Assembly: GCA_951406725.2 (NCBI GenBank)
Contig: OX597819.1
Span: 82,398,001-82,462,000 of the forward strand
From: Octopus vulgaris
Lineage: Eukaryota
DNA: 64,000 nucleotides
Direction: 5' to 3'
The first letter of the stretch is position 1. Each line of letters opens with the position of its first letter. The notes beneath the pieces were generated by a model. It ran no database searches. It was not told where the DNA came from and saw nothing but the letters and a program-made list of their open reading frames with translations. Of this stretch, positions 41,799 through 54,457 are shown one piece after another. A program made the translations under genes and the position numbers.

Positions 41799-42189
41799 TA
41801 GGCGTGGGAGTGGCTGTGTGGTAAGTAGCTCGCTTACCAGCCACATGGTTCTGGGTTCAGTCCCACTGCGTGGCACCTTGAGATAGCCTTGGGCCAACCA
41901 AAGCCTTGTGAGAGGATTTGGTAAACGGAAACTGAAAGAAACCCATTGTATATTTGTATATATATATGTGTGTGTATGTTTGTATGTCTGTGTTTGTCTC
42001 CCCCAACATCACTTGACAACCGATGCTGGTGTGTTATGTCCCTGTAACTTAGCAGTTCGGCAAAAGAGACTAATAGAATAAGTACTAGGCTTCCAAAGAA
42101 TAAGTCCTGGGGTCGATTTGCTTGACTAAAAGCGGTGCTCCAGCATGGCCACAGTCAAATGACTGAAACAAGTAAAAGAGTAAAAGAGA
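41799..42189 (+). mobile_element. Young SINE family A, full length
   Basis: aggcgtgggagtggctgtgtggtaagtagc...gactgaaacaagtaaaagagtaaaagag. Confidence 0.92.
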
Positions 42190-42309
42190 TTAAACAATGA
42201 TAATGATGATGATGATGATGACAGAGAGATGGACAGATGTTTGTCTCTATCTAAGATATAGCTAAGCATAAGGTTATGTTTAATGATTTTAATTTTTACA
42301 TTTGTTAAG

Positions 42310-42530
42310 AAAGCAGAGTGGTGCGCCAACAGAATTTTTATCATGCTAGGCAAAATACTTCACAAAATTTTGTCTATTTTTATGATCTGTGTTCATATTC
42401 TGCCGAAGTTGACTTTGTCTTTCATTCTTTCAGGGTCAATAAAATATGTACTAGCTGAGCATTGGGATCAATATAATCAAATTATTCCCTCCACTCAAAT
42501 TACTGGTCTTGTGCCAAAGTGTGAAAGCAA
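42310..42530 (+). mobile_element. Degenerate SINE family B
   Basis: ttctgccgaagttgactttgtctttcattctttcagggtcaataaaat. Confidence 0.7.
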
Positions 42531-43519
42531 TATTTACATTAGACGGCTTTGCCTGTGACTTTTTTCTTTGTGTTTAAGTATTTTGAAGCTATTTGATGTT
42601 GGTTGTAAGGAATGCAGTGTAAAAGTTGAAAATCTTATCTGACCTAGCTCAGATTTATAAATTCTAGAATTGACCTTTCAAAGATCCTTTAAGGATGTAC
42701 ATAGTTTCAAGTACAAAGATATCTGCAGCTGGGAAGATTGTAATCTTTGAGCATACACACTGATTTACACATCTAGTTGTGACTTTAAATAAAGTATTAC
42801 TATTGATTAAATGCTTCAGATGTCTTTTAATATGGGTTCACTGCTCTACAAAAACTAATTACAACATATATCTGTTTTCAACAATCTGAAGTCCATTATG
42901 CCTGGAAGGTCTTTCCTCCTGTAAATTTTCTATACAGTACTGATAAAACACGCAACAACACAAATCTTACATTTTATCACTTGATTTACCATTCTGTCAA
43001 TGATTAACTTCTACTATACAGAAATACAAAACCTTCTGCTCATTTTATGGAATTGTATCAAATAAGTATATGTGAAAATAAAAACAGTCTAGCACAATAA
43101 AATGTTCCTTATGATATATATTTTTACACATTTTATGTTTGTAAATTTGATTAATCTAAAATAGTTTGTCATGAGAAGATATATAACTTTGGTTATAAAA
43201 TATTTTATTTTGATTAACTGTACTCTCAATCACTGTGCTATAGAAATATATGTATAAGCTATTTAAGCCCATGACTGAATACTCTTTGTGTTCTACATAG
43301 TCACTAAACATGCTAGAAATAACTTTAAAAAATCTCCCTCCACTTACACCCACCTGTTTAAAGGACATAGTAAATATTGCTGCTGCTGGTATTTGTATCA
43401 CACATTTCCTTAAGAATTAATGGTAAGGTAATGGCTGGGATGGCCTTGGTAAATGGTCTTCTTCTCTCAGAATTTATATGTGGCTAAGTAACAACTTTTA
43501 TATTATTCTGCAATGGAAA

Positions 43520-43830
43520 ACTGCCATCATCATTATTGTCACCATCATCATCATCATCATCATCATCACCACTACTGTACCACCACCACCATTACAACAA
43601 CAACAACAACAACAACAACAGCTGCCATCACCCATGACCAGTGTCTACTTCTTGCTAGCATGACTCAGCATGCATTGAGATAGACTTTCTATTGTCAAAT
43701 ACCCTTCCAGTCACTAACACTTGCTTGTTCCTAAGTAATATTTCTTCATAACTGGAGATGTTTCCACTGAGGAATGAAAATGTATGACACAGAAACTCAT
43801 TTTACAACTATCATGCAAAGCTGTCATGTA
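43520..43830 (-). mobile_element. RTE-like tail with expanded (CAT)/(CAC)/(CAA) triplet run
   Basis: Triplet run followed by cttcttgctagcatg...acccttccagtcactaac, the reverse complement of the tail motif. Confidence 0.6.
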
Positions 43831-43868
43831 AAAGGGGTGTCACTGTCATACATTTCTGTCCCTAACAC

Positions 43869-44100
43869 ATCACCGACTCCTTTACCTGCACCTCTAGTAA
43901 TGTTATTTACAGCATCTCCTGCTCTCTCTGTCCTTCCCTGTATATTGGTCAAATGGGACGGCACTTGGCTGACTGATTTGTGGAACACCTCCAACATATC
44001 ATACTCAGCAATGACACTCCAATCTCACACCATTTCTGCTCTACCGGTGATTTGCTACAACATCTGTCCATGTTTAGATTGTCTTTGCACAGGGGCCATC
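43869..44100 (+). mobile_element. GIY-YIG endonuclease remnant of a Penelope-like element
   Basis: Manual translation: TDSFTCTSSNVIYSISCSLCPSLYIGQMGRHLAD*FVEHLQHIILSNDTPISHHF. Shows VIY...YIG, CxxC, the EH helix and HF; one in-frame stop. Confidence 0.88.
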
Positions 44101-44425
44101 ATCAAAAAATTCTATACAAAGTTGAATTTTTGAAAGAAAAGCATAGACAGTATGTTTTGTAAGTGTTATACTAATGTTCTCTAACACAAAATCATGGAAT
44201 TGAAAGTGGTGTGATCAAAGTTACACAGTATAAACATGGACATATTCCCAACTGAACATGCACATACAGAAATATGCACACACACACACTTCATCAAGGA
44301 AACCTCCCTAAAATTGAATGTTTGAAGGTAAAGTGGAGAATTTGAATTCTTTATTCCAAATGTGGCTCATCTCTACAAATGTTCAGACATATCTATGTGT
44401 AGCATTGGAATGTTCTAGCTTTATG

Positions 44426-44458
<33 letters not shown>

Positions 44459-46257
44459 AGGTTTCCATCTTCTGAATTTAGTGACAAGGCTTATTTACCT
44501 AAAATAAATTTGTATTCTATTGTATTCAGAGACATTTATATTACATATAACATGTTATTTATTTAAAAATTCAAGTTTGATATTTACCAAATAACAATTT
44601 TTAAGTAATTTGAAAAGTGTTGTAAGTAGTTAAGCTTTTTGTACATTTTTGAAAATGTTTCAAAGATATTTTTATCAAATAATTCATGAAATCATAATTT
44701 GCAAGTTAATGTATTTTTTGCAGTTTACATATCTCCAAATAGCTTTTCTGATTATTCCTCCACATTTTTCTCTACATTCCCTTCATTTTGCTACTTAAAG
44801 AGAAAATAATTCTGGAATTTTATCTGAATGATTTCACTTAGAAACAACTACTTCAATGACATTAATTATATACAGCAATATGCTGCAACCTAATTAATCC
44901 TTAATAGCAAAACAAATTTACTCCTGAAACTGAAGCATAAAATTGCATGTAATGAGATAGCAAGTGTTCAAAATATCAATAATTAGTCACAAGAAGAAGA
45001 TACCCTTGGTTTTTGCTAGCAATTGTGGAGTAATGAGATCATTGCAGTTGATATTCAGCTTCATTTACTTACGTTAATACCTATAGGAAGATATGGACTA
45101 TGGTAGATTGCTTAGTCAAAATGTTTGATGTGGAAATTGAAGGGTGTGTTATAATAAAGATGATGAAAAGGGAAGTAATGGATGCATTAAGTAGTTTGCT
45201 CAGAAATGGTACACAGCTCCCTGATTCAGAGAACCAGAAACTCCTATAGTAGCAAATCCTATAGTAGTTAGTAGAAGGATCAGTGAGAAGAAATTGCATC
45301 TTTGTGAGTTAAGGTCTAATGTGCTTATCAGTATGTACTAATTAGTCACTTTTCTTCATTTTCATTGGGATGTTATCTAGGGTGCAATCAGTCAGTAGTC
45401 TAATGTGGGTCATATGCTAGCTTTGTCGATACTTGATTATATCTGAAGTATTTTCAGGTTTAGAATAAGTCACCTAATCTTTTGGTATGAATATTTTCCT
45501 TCTTAAGTGACTTGTGCCAAGCTTTTTTCAATGTGTGCAGTAATTCTTAGTTCTCCCACTGAAAGAAGCTTTCAAAGTTTCTGTGTGTAGGAACAGAGCA
45601 CATCTAGAGTGAAGTGTCTATGCTGTATTTCTTTTACATTGGTGCTCAGAAAGTTAAGAAGTGAAGTAACTTTAGAATAAAATCTCTAATCATAGAAATG
45701 AGAGATTTGTGGAATCCAGAGTCATGCAACAGAGCTAAGAAGTTATCATGCAAAACATGTTTGAAGGCTTTTCTGATATGAAAAGCAACAATATTGTTTA
45801 TACCAAAGTTTTAAAAGTGAGTTTTTTGACATGTGACATGAAAGTTTGAGATTTCTATATTTCTAATTCCACTACACAAGTACTAACTAAGGGAAGTTGC
45901 TGCATACAAATGTCTCCATCATCCTTGAAACATTGGATGTGAGGTCATTAGAAAGACAGTTGACAGAGTCAAATATTTTAACATTTTGAAAAATAGCATA
46001 TGCTTGCATACTTCGATAGACTGGGTTACATCACTATTGACATAGAAATCCTGATTAGAAGAGCTCAATTCAGAGTGCACTATTAAAGATTAATGTAAAG
46101 AAAGTTATGTGGAACTGCCTCCAGAAATCCAGAACCACAAACTCTCAAGTTGTTCATTCATATTTATATTGCATGCATTTAGTGAAGAACATATCTACAA
46201 ATCCTGAGCAACTCACTCATTAACACTGACTTACACATTGTTGTGTATACACAACAG

Positions 46258-46512
46258 TTTTTTCGTCGCTTTGAGATCATGACCTGTTCACTGCCAAATT
46301 TCCATGTTGCAACACGGAAATTTGTCAGTGAACAGGTCGTTGTCTCAAAGCGACGAAAATATTTTGACAAATTAAATTTAAATGTTGAAGTGAATCTAAC
46401 GGATTTTGTGTGTTTCTTAAATGGCTTATAAACACCTTCCACACTGCAATTGTTTTCATTCCAGCACACAATCTCAGATCAGGTCACTTGCTATGCAAGT
46501 ACATCTCCGTAA
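46258..46512 (+). mobile_element. PLE-like terminal fragment with a short inverted duplication of its 5' end
   Basis: 46260-46303 is the reverse complement of 46316-46359; the element continues to ...gctatgcaagtacatctccgtaa, then a TA microsatellite. PLE assignment is inferred from the hammerhead fold and the inverted end. Confidence 0.6.
46319..46373 (+). ncRNA. Minimal type-I hammerhead ribozyme-like motif with G3:C8 core variant
   Basis: aatttgtca | GTGAACA | g gtcgtt gtctcaa agcgac | GAAA | atat TT | tgacaaatt. Gives a 9-bp stem I, a 6-bp stem II and a palindromic AATATT stem III. Confidence 0.7.
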
Positions 46513-46577
46513 CATATATACATATACGTACATATATATATATATATGTGTGTGTATATTGTCTATGTAACTTTTGT

Positions 46578-46990
46578 CCTTTACTTGTTTTAGTTATTGG
46601 ACTGTGGTCATACTTGAGGGCTTTCAGTCAAATGAATAGATCCCAGTACTTATTTTTTTCCTTTTTAAGTTTGGTACTTATTCTGTGGCTCTCTGTTGCC
46701 GAACTGCGAAATTATAGAGGCACAAATAAATTGATACCAGCTGTCAAGTAGTGGAAGGGGGACACACACACACTAACAAAAAGACACACATACATAGATA
46801 TACACATTATCTTGTACACACACACACACACACACACATGCGTGCGCACACAGTGAGCTTTGTTAAGTTTCTCTCTACAAGACTTTGGTTGGACTGGGGC
46901 TATGGTAGAAGAGATGTGCCCAAGGTAACACACAGTGGAACTGAAACCAGAACCATGTAGGTTGGAAATTTTTGACCACACAACCACACA
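46578..46990 (-). mobile_element. SINE family A, older copy
   Basis: ttacttgttttagttattggactgtgg...tgcccaaggtaacacacagtggaactgaaacc. Confidence 0.8.
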
Positions 46991-47180
46991 TTATCATAAA
47001 CCAAATTGATTTATGAATCTCATAATTCTAACAAAAATGTCGAAGTTTCTCTACATTGCTTTACATATAATTCACTATTAATTCTTAAATTTTACCTAAA
47101 TCCATTTCTAATTTGATATTCTCTGAGAAGTTGTAAATAGTGATGATGATGATGATATTCCATTTTATTTTTAAAGAATT

Positions 47181-47213
47181 TTGACTCATTTGTTTCTTTA
47201 TTTTTAGGTAAGT
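47181..47213 (+). other. Candidate recursive splice site (acceptor directly abutting a donor)
   Basis: ttgactcAt-ttgtttctttattttTAG|GTAAGT. Confidence 0.45.
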
Positions 47214-48201
47214 GTCTGAAATCCTGGTTCAATGCCGTGAGGACTATTTTCTTTACTTTTTTATTTTAACATATGTTTAATTTTGTTACAGTATATTTTA
47301 TAATCTTACTGAAAGCAAGCTAAAAGCATTTCATTAATTTAAATTGAAGCCAATTTTTGAAATTAAACGTTTCACTAAAATTTAAACATTTACTTATATC
47401 TTAAGTATTTGTTTGCTTTCATTTAAAAAAAATTAAATATGTTCTCATTAGATTAATACACTTCATTAATAAATTAGAGTTCCAAATTGTAAATTTATTC
47501 AGTAGAAGTTAATACTGGTGATTTATTAAGTCTATCAGTTTATCACCACTTAATGATATTTTGATTTAGTACAGTTTTACATTAGTAGTATACTAATGTT
47601 AATACTAGGTCCTGTTATTCAGAGATTCCTGTCAGGCATTGCTGAAAATGTTTGTAATATAGTGTATTTAGAGCACCAATGATAAAACTAATAAAATTAT
47701 TGCTGCTTAAATCTATGAGGTTTTGGCTATCCATATTTACTTATGCATTTCTTAAGAAAATATGATTTTCTTACTCATTGTTAGTGTAATTTCAATCAGT
47801 TAACAGCTGATAAAAAATTGATGAAGAGCTACGGGATCAGATTGGAAAAAGAAATTACAAGTAGTGATTTGGGGAGGTTAGGCACAGCACTATGTTGTCT
47901 GCACTTAATCATATGAACTTTATGCAGAAGGCATCCTGAGAAATTTTCATATGCCATATTATTTTATATTCCCTAACAAGGGAATAAATTTCATACAAAA
48001 GCTACATCCTTTCAAGTCATTTTCAAGTCTCTTTACACTATGAATCATTGAGGAGGTCTAATTAAACTGAAACATATCCAAAGTTGCCACTAGTAATCTA
48101 AGATCAAACTTGTTTCCACAAGACCCATAAAGTGTTGTTTTAATTTTAGGCTTCTCTCCCTTGCTTTCCTTGACAAGTATTCTCAAACTGTTTGAAGCAT
48201 A

Positions 48202-48950
48202 CGAGGTGGTATCAAAAAGTTCTCAGATTAGTTACATTTAATGAAAAGTAACTGATTTTGAAAATGGTATTAAAGCAGCAACCTTTGAGCAGTGTTTTCA
48301 TCTTGAGGAAGAGATGGAAGTCTGCAGGTACTGAATCTGGTGAATAGGATGGGTGCAGAAGCAATACCATGTTGTTTTTGGTGAGGAGACCTCAGTGACA
48401 GGCTGCATTGTCATTATGAAGAATCCAATTCTTCAGGCTCCACAAATCCGATCGCTTTCACCGAATGTTCTTCCTCAAACACTTCAAAAGGTCATTGATT
48501 GTTCCCCAATGATTCTCATGCACAAACTGGTGAATTTTCTACACATTTCCAAGGGTACCACACATGGCATGTCTTCCGGATAGCTCATCATCTTGCTGGG
48601 ACATTCTTCTGCTTTTGAAGCACCTGTTCCACTCGAAACATTGTGTACAACCCATTGCCTCATTGTTGAAGCTCATTTGCTGCAGCATGCTCAATGTCTC
48701 TGTAGCAGACTTCCCAAGTTTAATGCAAATTTTCACATTACCTCTTTGTTCCTGTCCAAGACAAAATCACAGACTACAGCACACATGTGATTACAAAGAC
48801 ACAAATTCCACTTGCAAAGTGAACACAGCGATGTCACTCAGCACATTGCCTCATGAAGATCACTGCTAGCTTTCACTGTGCATTCAATCATGCACTGCCA
48901 TCTGCTGGCATGCTACAGAACTAGTCTAGGAACTTTTAGATATCACCTCA
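48202..48950 (-). mobile_element. Internally deleted mariner element with both TIRs
   Basis: TIRs cgaggtggtatcaaaaagttctcagattag and ctagtctaggaacttttagatatcacctca; TA on the left. Transposase N-terminus KICIKLGKSATETLSMLQQ...CFEWNRCFKSRRMSQQDDELSGR. Confidence 0.9.
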
Positions 48951-49160
48951 GATGTAATTTTAAGTAGTTCAAGGTGCTATTATTTAAAATTGTCTCATTT
49001 CTATCAACTAAAGAAATAGCTCCTTGAACTACACCATATATTTTTTTTATCCTAATTACTATATTTTTAATAGAATCATTACCAATTAGTTATGTTTTGC
49101 ATAAATTATCTACTACTTGGAGGTAAAACATGTTCAGGAGCTGCTTGTCGTGGGTGATCT

Positions 49161-49328
49161 CAGAGCTGCCTTAACAGCATTGTAGGCACCTTCCAGGCAA
49201 ATGAATGCACAGGATCTTGTAGTATTTATTGATGGCAAGCCACAATATACTTACCTCAGGATTGGGCTCCAAGACCTGTGAAGCCCCTGGGCAACTGTTC
49301 AGTGTGTCCATTCCTTAAAACAGTGCTG
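49161..49328. mobile_element. Probable hAT-type MITE
   Basis: Ends cagagctgccttaa and ttaaaacagtgctg form an imperfect TIR; 8-bp flanks ggtgatct and agtgactt match 5/8. Confidence 0.45.
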
Positions 49329-49878
49329 AGTGACTTGACAATTTACTAATCCAATAGATTCTACATCAGTTTCTCAGCAACTTTTACGTACTCATTGTAC
49401 TACTGAGTACACAGCATTAAGTTGAGCTAATACCTATCTAACACATATATGAAGGTCACTTTCTTGATACCATTGTGATTATTTATTCTGTCACAAGCTG
49501 ACCCTTAGATTATGCATGCAAGACCATTCTTCCAAGTTTCAAATGTTTATCTGTAGCTCTTCAACAAATTATGCAATGTAAGCCAAACCGTCTCATATAA
49601 ATGTTTCTAAGGATAACCAGTTCTGAAATTTTGTGTTATGCTTCAATTCTATTTCCCACCACCTTTTCTCATTCTTTATATTTTCTTTTACATCTTTCTT
49701 CTTCTGAAGGACTAGTGTCCAGAATGTCAAAACTGTTGACTCTTTCACTTTCTTTTAAATGTTACAGTAACAAATTTGTCAAAATTTGCAACACTCATGT
49801 TGTCTTATCTTTGTGTTCATTTCCTGATATCTTTCTGTGCATGTATGTGTACATACATATATGCACATATATAGATAT

Positions 49879-49946
<68 letters not shown>

Positions 49947-49983
49947 TTATAAATATACATGCATACATACATACATACATATA

Positions 49984-50854
49984 TGTGGTCTGATCAATAA
50001 GTAGCCAGACTGTTGCTATAGTAACAAAGCTAAAGCATACAGAGTGAAGCCACTAGGCACAGATTGACCTTGAACTCTGCTGTGCATGTACACAAAGTTT
50101 TGACATTCTAATTCACTTCCACTGTTTATGGCAGTGCTTGGAAGGAAGGTGTGTAGTGTGTGATCATCGATTTGACCATGACAAAGAAAGTCAAGCAGAG
50201 AATCTGCATCAAACTTTACCAAAAGCTTGGTGATACCTGCTCAGAAGCCTACACAAAGATCTCAAAAGGTATTCATTGTTCTCAACACAATCAAGGAGAT
50301 CTTGTGCAACTGAAACTTGAGTGTCTTTTTGGTCGGCTGGGAGCAGTTTTGGCACAAACTTGATAGACACACATCTCATACCCAAATCTTCAGTGAAAAT
50401 GGATTGAACTGAACTGTAACTAATCTGCACATCCTCTGATAACTCGTGGATAGTGATTTGATGATTTCCCCACATAGCTGCATGCACATCTGCGATGTTG
50501 TTCTCAGTTCTGCTGGTTGCAGGTCTCTCAGGGCATTCATCAATATTGACATTTTTCGGCCATCTTGGAAATGTCTGCACCACTCATGCAATTCTGTGCA
50601 GCTCATACACTCCTTTCCATACACTTTCTGCAGGCCTGAGAGCAGGTATTGCCCTGTCATGGTCAATGCAATGACCACATGTTACACACCTTCCTCCCAA
50701 GCACTGCTGTAAACAGCAGAAGTGAACTAGAATGTTGAAACTTAGTGCATATGCACAACAGAGTTCAAGGTCAATCTTTGCCAAGCAGCTTCATTCTGTG
50801 TGCTTTAGCTTTGTTACTATGGCAACAGTCCGGATATTTATTGATCAGACCTCC
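49984..50854. mobile_element. mariner derivative with two 5' ends (~200-bp inverted arms), TA-flanked
   Basis: Arms 49984-50183 and 50655-50854. Plus strand: MTKKVKQRICIKLYQKLG. Minus strand: EWCRHFQDGRK...RPATS...EDLGMRCVSIKFVPKLL. Confidence 0.9.
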
Positions 50855-51252
50855 TATATACATATACACAATGTTTGTCAGACTACAGAGCTTTCGGTAA
50901 TATTTTCAATTGTGTGTGTGTGTTTTAATAGTTCACTGGAATACATAGTGTTGAGATATACATCAAATACAATTTTATGTTGCACTAAATTTTTCATGAT
51001 TCTCTTAAATACTTTCATGACAACTTAACATCTCTGTAAAAACCCACATTCATCTAAAACATCTGCTTTGTCTCTGTAGCAGCAATTTATGATGATACTG
51101 CTACACTGCTCATCAGAAACAACACCTTCCTGCATGATTTAACTACAAGGTAGTATCTATGTTGTCATTCGAGCTGCTAAAAATTGCAGCAAAGTTTCCC
51201 TCAAATCCCATTCCTCTTTCTTAAAAATAAATAAGAACACGTTAGGTGATAC

Positions 51253-51461
51253 ACTCTTTTACTTGTTTCAGTGATTTGACTGTGGGCATGCTGGAGTACC
51301 ACCTTTTAGTCGAGAAAATCAGCCCCAGAACTTATTCTTTGTAAGCCAAGTACTTATTCTATCGGTCTCTTTCACCGAACCGCTAAGTTATGGGGACGTA
51401 AACACACCAGCATTGTTTGTCAAGCGATGGTGGGGGGACAAACACAGATACACAAACATAT

Positions 51462-51518
<57 letters not shown>

Positions 51519-51668
51519 TACGACAAGCTTCTTTCAGTTTCCATCTATGAAATGCACTCACAAGGCTTTGGTCAGCACGAGGCTATAGTAGAAGACACTT
51601 GCCCAAGGTGCCACGCAGTGGGACTGAACCCGGAACCATGTGGTTGGTAAGCAAGCTACTTACCGAAC
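51253..51668 (-). mobile_element. Young SINE family A, full length
   Basis: actcttttacttgtttcagt...gggactgaacccggaaccatgtggttggtaagcaagctacttacc. Confidence 0.92.
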
Positions 51669-51914
51669 AGCCACTCCTAGTGCTAGATATTCTGCTACAG
51701 GATGGAGCTTTTGAGGCTGCATTATCTTTCATTATAGGTTTGTTCAATCAGGGCTAATCTGAGGATGTGCAACAACAATTGTACAAAGTAAATATATACC
51801 TTGTAAATACATAATACCCTCATAGTATGCTGCTTCCATGATATCAGTAAATATGCTAATGGACATGCTGCTTTCTAAGCCTTCATGTCTTTAATTGCTA
51901 TTCTTTAACTAAGT

Positions 51915-52345
51915 GGAGTTGCATGGCTTAGTGGTTAGGGTGTTGAACTCATGATCGTAAGATTACAGTTTCAATTCCTGAACAGGTCAACGTGTTGCAT
52001 TCTTGAGTAAAACATGTCATTTCATGTTGCTCCAGTCCACTCAGCTGGCAAAAATGAGTAATCCCATGATGGACCAAAGCCCTGTCCAGGTGGGAAATTT
52101 ATATGCCATTAAACTAGGAAACCAGCCTCTATGAGGTGTGTGTGTGTCTCTGTATTTGTACTGTGTTTGTTCCTGTTACTGCTTGACAGCCAATGTTTGT
52201 TTATTAGCATCCCTGTAACTTAGTATTTTCAGAACGAAAAAAAAAACTGATAAAATAAGTATCAAGCTAAAGAAAATAGTAAACCCTTCAAAGCAAATAC
52301 TCCAGCATGGCTGCAGTCCAGTGACTGAAACAAATAAGAGATAAA
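51915..52345 (+). mobile_element. SINE family C head joined to a family A-type tail
   Basis: gcatggcttagtggttagggtgttgaactcatgatcg...ttgctccagtccactcagctgg, then ccctgtaacttag...ctccagcatggctgcagtcca. Confidence 0.75.
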
Positions 52346-54457
52346 TGATAACTTTGAGGCTATGTGCATTTGTGCAATGTGTTCCAAATACATTTGACCT
52401 CATTGGTGTCCTAATATATATGAATATACTATCATGCATATAGGAATGCTTCAAGCCACTTGTCCCCATAATTCAAGATACGGGCAAACCTCTTATACTC
52501 TCTTTCATTCTTGCCTAAATAAAATCATTTTGTCATATGTATACTCTCCTAAAATCAATCCTTGCTGTCTATTTTCTTACCACTTCTTTTTAGTCTATCA
52601 TTTAGCTCATGTAGCCTTATTTCCTACAGTATTCTACTATGTTACCATGATGCTTATTATCCAACTAGTTCCTATTCTGTGCATTCAGTTGGTTAATGGT
52701 TTGCATGAGATAGCTCTAAGCAAAACCCAGTTGTCTTCTCATAGTTTTTCTTTAATATAGGTGTCACAAAATCTTGTTTAGATGTAATGTCACACAGAAG
52801 AATCATTTAACTTCCATATAGTGTGTTTTCCTACTTATGATTTGCTTTCTAATCTCCCTGGTCCTCTTAACACCTGCTGTTGCTAACCGCTAATTTAATA
52901 TTATGGCACTTGTTATGGTAGGATATAGCTTATTGAGTGACAGATCTAATATATAAGCACAACTGTAGTAGGAATTGCTCTTATCATCAAGAGTACTTCA
53001 TTTCAGTCATTCAGTTACTTTAATGTTTTTAAGAAGCTAAATATTTCATTCAGGAAGTATTATCTGAAATATGAAATATTGAAAGAAGTGATAAAAATAT
53101 TAGATATGATATCTTTAATGGAGTGACATATTAGTATGTGGAGATTCATCAGGTAATTTCCAACCTAAATTTAACAAATAATAAACCAAAATCTCAAGTA
53201 TATGTAACTATGGATTTATAGAAAAATTAACTAATTATGAAAAGGAAATTAAATGTAAATAGATTTAATTTATCTGTCAAGCAGGAATGTTCATAAAACA
53301 AGTTTAGAAGATTAGATTTAGACAAGATAATGTTTCCTCTGGTATTTCCTATTAGTTACAAAATATGAGATTGAAAAATGTGTAAAAATATTTTAAATTT
53401 TATCTCATTATTTAATATCATGCATATGTATGAGTATTTGTGTATGTATACACACACACACAAACATATATATATATATATATTTGCACGTGTGTATGTG
53501 TGTGAACATTCACGTATGCATATGTGTATTCATGCGTAAAATGCATGCAGTAATCTACTTGATGTAAGGAAACAGTATTAAAAATCCATTTATCACATGT
53601 ATTCATACTTGTTTTCAGCCACTACTTCTTTTTCCATAGCTAGCTTACTGCCTTAAAAATTTCCCACCATGGCAGGTTACCTTACATTTGTGGGGTTAAT
53701 GTTTTAAAACTTACTCAAACTTTCATAATAAAATTCCTAGAGCTGCTAGTTATCACTTATTTGATGATGTAGTTTTAGATTTGTTAGAATTTTGTTTCAA
53801 CTAAAACCATCTCCAAGGATTTCAATTAAAAAAACAAAAACAAAAAACAACTTAGTATATATGTACTAAGTCAACCTATAGACATTCAAATGTCAACAGG
53901 TTATACTTGTTGAGTGACAGCTATATTTTCTCTTCAGAATATTGAAGGCCAAACTAAAGCAACTAATTATTTCATGAAGACCAAGAAATGTTGCTTTATG
54001 CTGATTTAAGTACTTTTATAATTGTATATATGAATGGAATAATTGGTGACAACTGCTTAATATAGTTGGTTTCAGAATGTTGCTGGCATAACTAACATCT
54101 GTCTGATATAATATGCAAATTCAGACAATAATTTAAAGCTGTTATGTAAATTTAAAGTATTATATTTTCTAATATAAAATTTTAAAATATAAATTTTATT
54201 GGTAATTATTGAGTTACAGCATTGAAAGTGTTTGATAAATTCTATTGGTTTTAGATTCCCACAGTTAAGTTGCCAGCATTAGAAAGGGTATCTACAAGGA
54301 AATTATATATTCCAATCACATATATGGAAGTTTGAGAGGCATACTGTTTCTTAATAAACATACAATTTTAACCTCATTGTGAGGTGTAAACAAAATAGTA
54401 ACACCACAGTTTTTATCATTCCATGAACAGAAGTGGAATTGATCTTTCAACAAATAA

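Noticed and set aside
43478-43663. Poly-I/T/P/Q ORF resembling a polyQ protein
   Set aside because: It is the expanded triplet tail of a minus-strand RTE-like repeat.
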